DNA of 64,000 bases from the NCBI GenBank assembly GCA_001780275.1, contig MFGB01000017.1:59841-123840 (forward strand), written 5' to 3'. Below the pieces are notes generated by a model, which was not told the origin of the DNA, did not search any database, and saw only the letters and a list, made by a program, of their open reading frames with translations. The translations under genes and the position numbers were made by a program. Shown here one piece after another: positions 1 through 8,647 of the stretch (position 1 is the stretch's first letter; each line of letters starts with the position of its first letter). This stretch comes from Candidatus Falkowbacteria bacterium RIFOXYA2_FULL_47_19. GTDB taxonomy: Bacteria; Patescibacteriota; Patescibacteriia; Patescibacteriales; UBA12075.

Positions 1-381
1 ATAGAATTTCGTTTTTATGCCGGTTTCCCTGATCGCGTCTAGTAGCCGGGTCGTACCCAGGCCGGTGACGTCTCCCGTATACTCCGGCAGATCAAAACTT
101 ACCCGGACATGGCTTTGGGCGCCGAGATGGTAAATTTCGTCCGGTTGAATCTTCTCCAATAAACGGTTTATGTTCGAGCTGTCGGATATGTCTCCGTAAT
201 GAAGAAATAGCTTGGCGCCTCGCCAATGAGCGTCCTCGTATATGTGCTCTATCCGGTGCGTATTAAAAGTACTGGCGCGCCGTATAATGCCGTGGACCTC
301 ATAGCCTTTTTCCAATAAAAATTCAGCCAGATACGATCCGTCCTGACCGGTAATGCCGGTAATAAGAGCTCTTTTTGTCAT
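1..381 (-). CDS. gmd: GDP-mannose 4,6-dehydratase, N-terminal part; the gene continues past the left edge
   Basis: Reverse translation from the ATG at 381 gives [41 protein letters not shown]...[12 protein letters not shown]. It has a GxxGxxG Rossmann motif and a typical Gmd N-terminus. It is absent from the ORF track because no stop lies inside the window. Confidence 0.9.
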   Translation of the reverse strand, partial: MTKRALITGITGQDGSYLAEFLLEKGYEVHGIIRRASTFNTHRIEHIYEDAHWRGAKLFLHYGDISDSSNINRLLEKIQPDEIYHLGAQSHVRVSFDLPEYTGDVTGLGTTRLLDAIRETGIKTKFY

Positions 382-522
382 ATTTTGATAAAATTAAAAG
401 ATAAAAATTATGTTTATATTATAAATGATAATTTTAGATTATACAAATAATTATGCCATAATTTAATAAAAAAACGCAAGTCGAAAATTTTTTATACTTT
501 CTTTATAATTTTTTCCTGCCTG

Positions 523-542
523 CCTGCCTGCCGGCAGGCAGG
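523..542. repeat. Perfect 20-bp GC-rich palindrome
   Basis: CCTGCCTGCC|GGCAGGCAGG, preceded by extra CCTG units (515-522). It lies between divergent genes. Confidence 0.9.
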
Positions 543-664
543 TATCTTTTTATGAAAATTTTATATTTTTTTTATCTTTTCTTCATATCGTTTTTGTTAT
601 ACTTAAAAGTATAATTTTTAAAAACGGGTTTCTGTGCATAAACAAGGAAGCCTATAAAAAACCT

Positions 665-2020
665 ATGATTCAAAAAAGAAAATTTTTGACGCCTGTTCTG
701 GCGCCGATTTTTTTGTTTCTCGGACTGATTGTCACGAGTCTGCCGGCCGGAGCGGCCGTTTCGGATGACGGTTTAACCGCTTATTACCCGTTTAACGGCA
801 ACGCCGCGGACGAAAGCGGGAACGGGTACGACGGCGTCGTTTATGGCGCGGAACTCGCGCCGGACAGATTCGGCGATCCGGACAGCGCTTATCACTTTGA
901 CGGACAGGATTATATTTGGGTTGATCTGAATACGGAAGTTTTTTATGGCGATTTTACGGTTAGTGTTTGGGTAAATTTTGATAACTTTAATAACGATTAT
1001 CCCCACATCATAGGATCAGAAAGCCATGATTTTGTATTACATGGCATGGGCCCTATCTACGGTATTGAAAAATTAAGAGAAATCGGTTTTTATCAATTTG
1101 ATGAAAATATTAATGATTTTGTGGGCTTGCTTGATTCTTTGTATAAGCTTAATACGGGCGAATGGTACATGATTACTGTAGTAAAAAATAGTTTGAATTT
1201 TTCCATGTACGTAAATGACATTTTGAGAAATCAAACGACCGCTGACAATGACCTGGCTACAAACGGTTCATACATAACCATCGGCTCCAGGAGGGATTAT
1301 AACGGAGGAATCCCCTGGAAAGGATACGAAAACAGCACCTTAAACGGCTATATCGACGACATCAGGATATATGACCGGGCGCTTTCGGAGATCGAGATAA
1401 AACAGCTTTACGGAGCGCCGGTTTGCGGCGATGGCGTAAAGAACGGCGATGAGACCTGCGATTTCGAAGACGCTATGGGCGAGGGGATTCCGGAGCATTA
1501 TACCTGCAGCCAAACCTGTGACTTAGTTTACGTGCCGTATTGCGGCGACGGTATAAAAGATGAAAATGAACAATGCGACGACGGCAATACCGAGAACGGC
1601 GACGGGTGCGATGAAAATTGCCAAAGCGAACCCGTAACCGAAGACGCGCCGTTCGCTAAGCTCATACAAGACACTATTAACCTGCATGCCTCCGGCGAGA
1701 TCGCCAAGGACAGTATCAAAAAAGAGTTCCTGGCGAAATTCACGCATCTTGAAAAAAAATATGAGCAGGCGGAAGCCGGAGACCGATGTCTGCGCGACAA
1801 GATCATGGCGGCCTATACTGGACTCACCTTAAAGCATGTACAGACAAAGATCAGCCAGTATGTCAAAAAAGGCTGGATAACGCCGGACGCGGCCGGGCTC
1901 TTAAACGCCGATATCGAAGATATTTTAAGTTTTATGAAAGAAAAATATAGTGATCAGTTTTGCGCTAAGCTCTGGAGATGCTGTAATAATAAGCCAAAAC
2001 CAGAGGACTGCCGGAAATAA
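665..2020 (+). CDS. Secreted LamG/concanavalin-A-like lectin-domain protein with cysteine-rich CGDG...C repeats
   Basis: Signal peptide ...LIVTSLPAGAAV. LamG-type motif YIDDIRIYDRALSEIEIKQLY. Repeats CGDGVKNGDETCD and CGDGIKDENEQCDDGNTENGDGCDENC resemble the Myxococcus-type cysteine-rich repeat. Confidence 0.75.
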   Translation: MIQKRKFLTPVLAPIFLFLGLIVTSLPAGAAVSDDGLTAYYPFNGNAADESGNGYDGVVYGAELAPDRFGDPDSAYHFDGQDYIWVDLNTEVFYGDFTVSVWVNFDNFNNDYPHIIGSESHDFVLHGMGPIYGIEKLREIGFYQFDENINDFVGLLDSLYKLNTGEWYMITVVKNSLNFSMYVNDILRNQTTADNDLATNGSYITIGSRRDYNGGIPWKGYENSTLNGYIDDIRIYDRALSEIEIKQLYGAPVCGDGVKNGDETCDFEDAMGEGIPEHYTCSQTCDLVYVPYCGDGIKDENEQCDDGNTENGDGCDENCQSEPVTEDAPFAKLIQDTINLHASGEIAKDSIKKEFLAKFTHLEKKYEQAEAGDRCLRDKIMAAYTGLTLKHVQTKISQYVKKGWITPDAAGLLNADIEDILSFMKEKYSDQFCAKLWRCCNNKPKPEDCRK

Positions 2021-2042
2021 ATAGCTTAATAAATTATATAAC

Positions 2043-2069
2043 AAAAGAGACGGGCATCCGTCTCTTTTT
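2043..2069. terminator. Bidirectional intrinsic terminator between convergent genes
   Basis: A-run, GAGACGG-GCAT-CCGTCTC, T-run. Confidence 0.75.
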
Positions 2070-2088
2070 GTTTTTGATAATGCCGATT

Positions 2089-2310
2089 CTAATCATCGCT
2101 CCTCTTCATTTTTTTCATGCCGATCGCCGTGGCTATGAGGGCCGAGCCGCCGATCACGCCGGCGATTATTTTCTTCCTGGTGGCCGGTGAGGTTTTTTTA
2201 TATTTTTCCTTGAGATTTATGGCCAGCCGGAAAAGCTCTTCTCCGGCCGCTTTAAATTTTTCGTTGTTTCCGTTTTCGACGGATTTGGGTTTTTTCATGA
2301 TTTTTGCCAT
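2089..2310 (-). CDS. Small membrane-anchored protein, function unknown
   Basis: C-terminal TM helix IIAGVIGGSALIATAIGM. The track start at 2328 is GTG. The ATG at 2310 lies 4 nt after the stop of the upstream small ORF. Confidence 0.5.
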   Translation of the reverse strand: MAKIMKKPKSVENGNNEKFKAAGEELFRLAINLKEKYKKTSPATRKKIIAGVIGGSALIATAIGMKKMKRSDD

Positions 2311-2314
2311 ATTA

Positions 2315-2494
2315 TTATAATTTTTCACCGAGCAACTTTTTCGAGTTTTCCTTGGAACTCTTTTCGTCCATATCGAAAGCCTTGCCGGCGGCCTCGAAGG
2401 TTTTGTCTGTTATAGCCTTGCCGTCAGGATCGACACCGGCGTGACCCCGGCTATGATCCTCCTTGGGTAAGCCGCAACCGCAATTGTAGCACAT
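2315..2494 (-). CDS. Small Cys/His-containing protein (59 aa), function unknown; below the track cutoff
   Basis: Reverse translation gives MCYNCGCGLPKEDHSRGHAGVDPDGKAITDKTFEAAGKAFDMDEKSSKENSKKLLGEKL. It is an uninterrupted ATG-to-TAA frame directly abutting the next gene. No clear SD. Confidence 0.4.
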   Translation of the reverse strand: MCYNCGCGLPKEDHSRGHAGVDPDGKAITDKTFEAAGKAFDMDEKSSKENSKKLLGEKL

Positions 2495-2587
2495 ATTTTT
2501 TAGTATTTAGTATTAAAAGGGGATCATTATTATAATTAATTTTAAATCGGTTAAATTAAATTATTATTAATATTTTTAAAAATTGAT

Positions 2588-2616
2588 TTGACAAAAATAA
2601 AAAAACATGCTATCAT
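2588..2616 (+). promoter_or_regulatory. Sigma70-type promoter of the DUF192 gene
   Basis: TTGACA, 17 nt, (TGc)TATCAT. Confidence 0.7.
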
Positions 2617-2635
2617 TTTAATGATAAATACGCGT

Positions 2636-3100
2636 ATGAAAAAAATAATATACACCACTATAATATTGATCATCGGCCTGTTTCTCTTCGTGGAATTCAA
2701 AGATAGTATCTATCCGGGCCGGACCATGACCGGGACTTACGTAAAGATCGGCGATACCGTTATTGACGTGGAGATCGCGGACGAAATGGAAGAGCGTTGG
2801 CAAGGACTTTCCAACCGCGAGTCGTTGGGCGAAGAGAGTGGAATGCTCTTTATTTTTCCGAAGAAGCAGGTGCAGAATTTTTGGATGAAAGACATGAATT
2901 TTCCTCTGGATATGATCTGGATCGCCGACGACACGATCATGAAGATGGACGAGAATCTGCCGCCGGCCGGAGAGCATCCCGACGCTACCTATAGTTCGGT
3001 ACATCCGGTCAACTATGTCCTCGAGGTAAATGCCGGCTTCGCGGCCGGGCACGGGATAAAAGCGGGGGATCGGATCGAATATCACCTGAAAGACAATTAA
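2636..3100 (+). CDS. DUF192 domain-containing protein
   Basis: The MLFIFPKKQVQNFWMKDMNFPLDMIWI motif is typical of DUF192, with an N-terminal TM/signal anchor. The track start at 2588 is the TTG of the -35 box, so the ATG at 2636 is preferred. Confidence 0.8.
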   Translation: MKKIIYTTIILIIGLFLFVEFKDSIYPGRTMTGTYVKIGDTVIDVEIADEMEERWQGLSNRESLGEESGMLFIFPKKQVQNFWMKDMNFPLDMIWIADDTIMKMDENLPPAGEHPDATYSSVHPVNYVLEVNAGFAAGHGIKAGDRIEYHLKDN

Positions 3101-3380
3101 GTTTATCGAAATTCAATATATTAAAGAAGACGACGATTAGCCGCCTTCTTTTTTATTCCCTTCATAGAAATTTTATAATTTTTTTATGATAATTTTAGAT
3201 TTTTTTTATATTTTCTTCATGGCCTTTGTGGTAAAATTATATAGGAGGTTGTTTTTGCGCCTGCCGGGTTGGGGATAAGTTTTATTTGCCCTTACCCGCC
3301 CTACTTCTTGCGGGCGCATGCCCTCACCCCCGGCCCCTCTCCCACTTGACGGTGCGCGGGAGGAGGGTCTAAGTCGTACT

Positions 3381-3563
3381 GACGCCTTTGTCATCCTGGG
3401 TGCCCGCAGGGCAACCCGGGATCCAGGAGGGGGTCGCAATATGTTTGTGTTTAATAAAAACGAGACAAGAGCATTTGGTAAGTCTTTTTAATAATTCGAA
3501 TGAACGCCGTCTAACCCTGGATCCCGGGTTCCGCTTCGCGGCCCCAGGATGACAAGGGGCGTC
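3381..3563. repeat. Inverted pair of a 47-nt GC-rich REP-like unit around an 88-bp AT-rich spacer
   Basis: The left unit is 3381-3427 GACGCCTTTGTCATCCTGGGTGCCCGCAGGGCAACCCGGGATCCAGG. The right unit is the reverse complement of 3516-3563, GACGCCCCTTGTCATCCTGGGGCCGCGAAGCGGAACCCGGGATCCAGG. Each unit is itself a hairpin. Confidence 0.85.
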
Positions 3564-3589
3564 GGCGATTTAAGTACAAAATTAACATT

Positions 3590-4072
3590 ATGAAAAAACC
3601 GATCAAAGTATTATTAATCATCCTGGCGGCTGTTTTTTTCGGAGGCGCCGGTTACCTGTTTTATATCCAGTACAAGATCAACCGCGGCGACCTTTTTGAA
3701 TACGAAGGCGTCTGGTATACAAAAGAACAGGCCCGGGAACTCTTTGGACCGCAATACTACGAGGTTGAGTCCAAAAACACACCCGAGGAAGTGTATGTTG
3801 CTTTTCGCGAGGCGTTGTTGCGTAACGATAAAGAGGGTGCGCTTTTATTGATGCGAGAAGATAAAAGAGAGGAGTACAGAAATGCATTTGAAAATAAGGA
3901 AAAGTTTGATAATTGGGTTAAAAGATTTCCGGAAAGTATTATAAAAGACCATGTTTACAGTAATAACGCCTCATATCATTACTTAAACGATGCTGATGCT
4001 AACGATAGAGAGGCACACCCAACTTTGTTTGAAAAAAATAAAATGGGGTATTGGGAGATATACGGGATATAA
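3590..4072 (+). CDS. Hypothetical membrane-anchored protein
   Basis: N-terminal TM KVLLIILAAVFFGGAGYLFYI. No family recognised. Confidence 0.6.
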   Translation: MKKPIKVLLIILAAVFFGGAGYLFYIQYKINRGDLFEYEGVWYTKEQARELFGPQYYEVESKNTPEEVYVAFREALLRNDKEGALLLMREDKREEYRNAFENKEKFDNWVKRFPESIIKDHVYSNNASYHYLNDADANDREAHPTLFEKNKMGYWEIYGI

Positions 4073-4156
4073 AATTTAGATTCAAATAACTCCATCAAAA
4101 ATTGAATATTAAGATTGGAAAATTTTTCCAGGTTTTTTATTTACTTAAAAAATATT

Positions 4157-7100
4157 ATGAAAAAAAGAATTGTTATTTTAATACTGGCGATTTTTTTATT
4201 TCGCGGATTGGCCTTCGGGTATGATAATATGGTGATCCACCCGAAACTGTCCCAGGCGGCTGTCGAAATTTATAACCGGGAAGCCGGGAGAAAGGTAAGC
4301 GCGGAAGAACGGGGATGGATCATCGCGGGCGCGATCGCCGAAGATACTGATCCGCGCTACCTTAACCATTTTTATGACCCGTCGACCGATTCAGGGCTAA
4401 AATATTTAGGCGTCGAGTGGGACTCGGCCCGGGAATGGATCGGGCGGCAAAACAGCGCCACCGGCGATTACAGCGTTAATGCCATTCTGGAAAATTATCG
4501 CCAGGACAACGCCAAGCGCGCCTGGCAGGGGATCGGGCACATTCTTCATCTGTTCCAGGATATGGCCGTGCCGGCGCATACGCGCCTTGATCCGCATCCG
4601 GAGGGCGATCCCTATGAAGGCTGGGCCTGGGGGAATGGTAGTATTAATGCCAATGAAACCAGTAAGATCAATGTAGGCGATTTGTCCGTGGCTATGAAAG
4701 AATTAGCTGCCTACACGAAAGGTAATTTTTTTAGTAAAGAAACTATTAAATTAGAAGACTATACTGTATATCCAATAGAATCGTTAAGCGTTAATGATGT
4801 TGAAAATAAATTTTTAGTGAATGACTTGAATGGTAGTAAATATTATTTAGCAAAAATTGATAATTCTGGTATTTTGCCCGTATATAGTATTGATGATTAT
4901 TATGTCCACCAAGACTACTGGCGTTTATTGGCGCCGAAAGCGGCAGGATATAGCGCCGGGGTGATCGAATGGTTTATTCGCGAGTTTAATAAGATCGACC
5001 AGGAAAAAGCAAAGGAAGAAAAAAGCCTTCTCGGGGCGGTAAAAAAATCTTTCGCCTGGATCGGCGATATTTTTCGGGCGCCGGCGAGCCTGGCCTACGT
5101 TTGGGGCGACGTTTATCGGCCGGCGCGGGAAGAAGTTTTCGAAAAAAGCAAAGAGGCGGTCGAGACGGGAAAAACGGCCGTAGAGGCGGTTAAAAGTTCG
5201 ATCGAGTCGGGGAAAGAAAACGCCCTGGCCGCCATTGACGCCGGATTGGACGCGGCCGAAGACATAAGCGAAGGCATGGCCGAGGGCGTACGGGTGCTCG
5301 GGGAAGCCTTCGAGCCGCCTTCGGCCGCCGCCGGAAACTCGCACAATAAAGAAGGGGGGGGAGACGGACGCGTTTCCGCGGCTTTCGAGGCGAATGATAA
5401 TAAGGTCTTCGGGGATATTACGGAAAATGATGCCGGAGAAATAAGGCTCGCCCGCGTGATCGACGGCGATACGATCGAACTTGAGAACGGGGAAAAGGTG
5501 CGTTATATAGGCGTAGATGCCCCGGAGTTAGGCGCGCCGGGACCCGCAGACGACGAATGTCTGGCTTGGGTTGCGAAAGTTAGGAACGAGCAATTGCTCA
5601 AAGCCGGAAAAATCGAACTTATGGCCGATCCGGGCGGGGAGCGCGATAAGTACGGGAGACTGCTTCGATACGTTTACGCCGGCGATATGTTCATAAACGA
5701 ACGGCTGGCCAAGGAGGGTCTGGCGGAAGCTTATTTCTGCCTGCCCGGCTGGAAAAACTGCCCGTTAGCCGCGGACGAGGCCCGCCGGAAAACGATAGAG
5801 GCAGCGGCGTCCGAAGCGCAATCTAAAAAGCGCGGTATTTTTTCCGGGGTTTGCGATACCGCGCCGGAAAAGATCGAATCGGATAAAGCGCCGGGAGAAG
5901 AAGAAACAGAGGGGGAAATTCCGTTGCCGGGCAAAAAACCGGTAATTCTTTTCGGTTCCGGACCGGCCGCCCCGGTAAATAGCGGCGAAAGCGAAGCAGA
6001 TGATGCGGCCGGGGACGATAGCGGCGACACCGCCGGCGGCGCGGCGGCGCCATCCCCGGACGCGGAAATTTCCGGATCGATCGCGGAGTTTTATCTGTTC
6101 GACCTTCTGACGCACAGCCGGTCTTATACCGCCTCGACCGCGGTCGGCGTTTACGCGGACACGAGCCCGGGATCAATCCCCGGGGAATACCTGCTTGCCG
6201 GCTACGGCGAAACGCCCGATATCTACGGCGAAGGCTGGGTAAGCGCGGTTCCGTTCGTTTACGGGCTCGAGTCGGAAGAAGGCTTTAGGGAGGTGTGTTT
6301 ATGGCTAAAAAACGGGGAGAACCTGGTTTCTTCTTCGACGGCCGCGATCATTCTCGATACTGTCCCGGCCACGCTCGAACTCCTGGCCGCGCCGCCGGTT
6401 TTTTCGAGTTCGACCGAAGCTCTTTTTTTCGCGAGCTCCCCGGAACCGCTCCTGGATCTTTCCTGCCGCCTGGACCCGGGGGCTTCGGCCGCGGCGGATA
6501 TTTCCCTGGATATCGTTTATGACGGCTTGACCGAAGGATGGCATGAGTTTATCTGTGAAGCGGTCGATCTCGCCGGCAACGTATCCGCCTTATCTTACGG
6601 CTGGACGGTCGATCTGACCGCGCCGATAGCCACGATTACGAGCCTGACTATAGACGGCGCGGCAATTATGGCGGCTTGGTCCGGTAGCGACGATCCCTCC
6701 GTTGCCACTAGCGGCATCGCCGCATTTGACCTGGAATTTCGAATCGACGGCGGAGCGTGGCGAGAGTGGCTTACCGGCACGAGCGCCGTTTCGGCCGCTT
6801 TTAGCGCCGCGGAGAGCGGCGAATACGAGGTCCGCGTCCGGGCGCGCGATTCATCCGGCAATACGAGCAAATGGAGCGAGCCGGCGCTAACGACGAAAAC
6901 AGGAGAAATTAAAGCGGACCATATCGTGATAAGCGAAGTCGCCGTAAACGGATATAACAGCCCTGTGCATGAATTCGTGCAGTTATATAATCCGACCGCG
7001 AGCGCCATTGATCTCTCCGGCTGGAAAATACAGTATAAGCCGGCCATTGGCGGCGTTTGGAAGAATAAAACCGGCCCGGACGGACTACCCGCCGCGAATA

Positions 7101-8116
7101 TTCTTCCCGGAGCTTATTTTCTGATCGCGGGAAATAAATCTTATTTTTACGATTATGCCGATTATAATCACGCGGCTATCTGGGAATTCGCCGACGGCGG
7201 CGGCCACGTCAGATTGCTCGACAAGAACGGAGCGGAAGCGGACCGCTTGGGCTACGGTAACGCGGATGAGCCGGAAGGAGAGGCGCAGGATGACCCGCGC
7301 GGTAACAACCAGACTTATAAACGTAAGGCGAAGGCCGATTCTGCCGCCGCCGACATGGCGGAAGGCGGCTATGATTACGCCCTGGGCAACGGCTATGATT
7401 CGAATAACAACCGGTTTGATTTTGTTTTAAGCGATATGTCGCTCCCCCGGGGTTATTTTGAACCTCTGCATCTTTGGTTTTTCAATAAAGATAAAGATTG
7501 CCTCTTAAGCGATACTGTCGTTTATGACTCTATCGGCGGCGATGATTTTATCTCATCGGAACTCGTTTGGCCGGACGGTCAGGGCGATAAGGGCCTGATC
7601 ATGGGGGAGGGTATTAAGATCGGTGCGGAATTAAGCGAACCAGTCGATGCCGGAAGCTTGACAGTAAGTTTTTGGTATAACGATAAAGGCAACGAAGGCG
7701 AAGGTTCGGGCTCGGTTCAGCTGGCCGGCGAAGACGGCGGCATCCTGAAAATCGAATTCGATCCCGATCGGTTTAATATCGCGGTCAACGGAAACAGCAT
7801 GATCCTGGATAAAACCGATATTTATGGAATGTTGCCGGAAGAAGAGAGGGCGGCGGACTGGATTTTCGCGGTCTTGTCACTGGACTCTTTTACCGGCCAA
7901 GGCCATTTCCATGTTAACGGCCGATCCGGGCGCGAATTCGCTTACGGCCGCGGCGATGACCCGGATTATGTCTCGGTAGGCGCGGACGAAGGCTACGAAT
8001 ATCTTATTTATAAATTAAAGATCAGCCGAGGCGTATTGCCGGAGGAGAGAATAAGGCGCGAATACGAGGAGGATGCTTGCGTCCTTAACGATTTATACTG
8101 CCCGGTTTTTTACTGA
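4157..8116 (+). CDS. Large secreted multidomain nuclease-like protein (PLC/P1-nuclease-like Zn domain, SNase thermonuclease, Ig-like region, lamin-tail domain, LamG-like C-terminus)
   Basis: Signal peptide MKKRIVILILAIFLFRGLAFG. The N-terminal domain has His/Asp metal-ligand motifs (HPKL, AEDTDPRYLNHFYDP, HLFQDMAVPAHTR). The SNase core is ARVIDGDTIELENGEKVRYIGVDAPE...RDKYGRLLRYVY...NERLAKEGLAEAY (about 5440-5745). The LTD is HIVISEVAVNG...EFVQLYNPTASAIDLSGWKIQYK...HVRLLDKNGAEADRLGYG (about 6915-7270). The track TTG start at 4115 is replaced by the ATG at 4157. Confidence 0.85.
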   Translation: MKKRIVILILAIFLFRGLAFGYDNMVIHPKLSQAAVEIYNREAGRKVSAEERGWIIAGAIAEDTDPRYLNHFYDPSTDSGLKYLGVEWDSAREWIGRQNSATGDYSVNAILENYRQDNAKRAWQGIGHILHLFQDMAVPAHTRLDPHPEGDPYEGWAWGNGSINANETSKINVGDLSVAMKELAAYTKGNFFSKETIKLEDYTVYPIESLSVNDVENKFLVNDLNGSKYYLAKIDNSGILPVYSIDDYYVHQDYWRLLAPKAAGYSAGVIEWFIREFNKIDQEKAKEEKSLLGAVKKSFAWIGDIFRAPASLAYVWGDVYRPAREEVFEKSKEAVETGKTAVEAVKSSIESGKENALAAIDAGLDAAEDISEGMAEGVRVLGEAFEPPSAAAGNSHNKEGGGDGRVSAAFEANDNKVFGDITENDAGEIRLARVIDGDTIELENGEKVRYIGVDAPELGAPGPADDECLAWVAKVRNEQLLKAGKIELMADPGGERDKYGRLLRYVYAGDMFINERLAKEGLAEAYFCLPGWKNCPLAADEARRKTIEAAASEAQSKKRGIFSGVCDTAPEKIESDKAPGEEETEGEIPLPGKKPVILFGSGPAAPVNSGESEADDAAGDDSGDTAGGAAAPSPDAEISGSIAEFYLFDLLTHSRSYTASTAVGVYADTSPGSIPGEYLLAGYGETPDIYGEGWVSAVPFVYGLESEEGFREVCLWLKNGENLVSSSTAAIILDTVPATLELLAAPPVFSSSTEALFFASSPEPLLDLSCRLDPGASAAADISLDIVYDGLTEGWHEFICEAVDLAGNVSALSYGWTVDLTAPIATITSLTIDGAAIMAAWSGSDDPSVATSGIAAFDLEFRIDGGAWREWLTGTSAVSAAFSAAESGEYEVRVRARDSSGNTSKWSEPALTTKTGEIKADHIVISEVAVNGYNSPVHEFVQLYNPTASAIDLSGWKIQYKPAIGGVWKNKTGPDGLPAANILPGAYFLIAGNKSYFYDYADYNHAAIWEFADGGGHVRLLDKNGAEADRLGYGNADEPEGEAQDDPRGNNQTYKRKAKADSAAADMAEGGYDYALGNGYDSNNNRFDFVLSDMSLPRGYFEPLHLWFFNKDKDCLLSDTVVYDSIGGDDFISSELVWPDGQGDKGLIMGEGIKIGAELSEPVDAGSLTVSFWYNDKGNEGEGSGSVQLAGEDGGILKIEFDPDRFNIAVNGNSMILDKTDIYGMLPEEERAADWIFAVLSLDSFTGQGHFHVNGRSGREFAYGRGDDPDYVSVGADEGYEYLIYKLKISRGVLPEERIRREYEEDACVLNDLYCPVFY

Positions 8117-8152
8117 CGGAAAAAAACCGGATGGTAATCCCTGATGCAAACG

Positions 8153-8179
8153 AAAAAACTCCGCGAGGCGGAGTTTTTC
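8153..8179. terminator. Bidirectional intrinsic terminator
   Basis: A-run, ACTCCGC-GAG-GCGGAGT, T-run. Confidence 0.75.
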
Positions 8180-8203
8180 TTATACTAAAGATTTAAGTGG
8201 ATA

Positions 8204-8506
8204 TTATTTCTCGACTTCTTCCTGCAGCCGCTCCAGGTTTTTTTGCTCGGCCTCGTTGTGTTCGGACCAGCGGCCGTAAATATCGGAAGAGTAGACTATG
8301 TAAGCGAGAATGAAAACGAGGATCAGGCCGAAGAAGGCCCCGGAGCCCAGTTTGCGGTAAACCATAAGCAGGACCAGTGCCGCCGTTATGAGTATAATGA
8401 TCCAGATCTGTTTTGAATCAAGATCATAGAGATATGACGCGCAAGGATAGTCGAGGATCTTTATGGTCCAGGGGTGGGATAATAGTTGATTTATAATTTG
8501 GTTCAT
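8204..8506 (-). CDS. Small integral membrane protein, function unknown
   Basis: Two predicted TM helices (IWIIILITAALVLLMVY, FFGLILVFILAYIVY). A bidirectional terminator lies downstream. Confidence 0.6.
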   Translation of the reverse strand: MNQIINQLLSHPWTIKILDYPCASYLYDLDSKQIWIIILITAALVLLMVYRKLGSGAFFGLILVFILAYIVYSSDIYGRWSEHNEAEQKNLERLQEEVEK

Positions 8507-8511
8507 ATTTT

Positions 8512-8636
8512 AAGATACAAGGATACAAGATACAATAACCAAATAAATTTCAAATTCCAATAATCAATAATCAAGCAGTTTGATGTTTTTGATTTGGCGC
8601 TTGTGGTTTGTTTGTGTCCTTGTATCTTGTGTCCTT
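8512..8636. repeat. Long word-repeat hairpin with a conserved core (family A)
   Basis: Arms are AAGATACAAGGATACAAGATACAA and TTGTGTCCTTGTATCTTGTGTCCTT. Core is AAATAAATTTCAAATTCCAATAATCAATAATCAAGCAGTTTGAT. Confidence 0.85.
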
Positions 8637-8647
8637 GGGAGTTGTTT

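Noticed and set aside
425-440. The 16-mer ATGATAATTTTAGATT shared between 425-440 and 3186-3201, with neighbouring similar AT-rich sequence (…TTTTCTTCAT).
   Set aside because: It is a real repeat, but the sequence is low-complexity and AT-rich, there are only two copies, and I can attach no structure or adjacent-gene logic to it. That is too little to claim an element.
3206-3439. A 77-aa minus-strand ORF in the 3101-3589 intergenic region.
   Set aside because: It is a read-through of GC-rich REP-like repeats (Pro/Arg/Gly-rich). It has no expression signals, and the same repeat words occur in non-coding DNA at 39300 and 43115.
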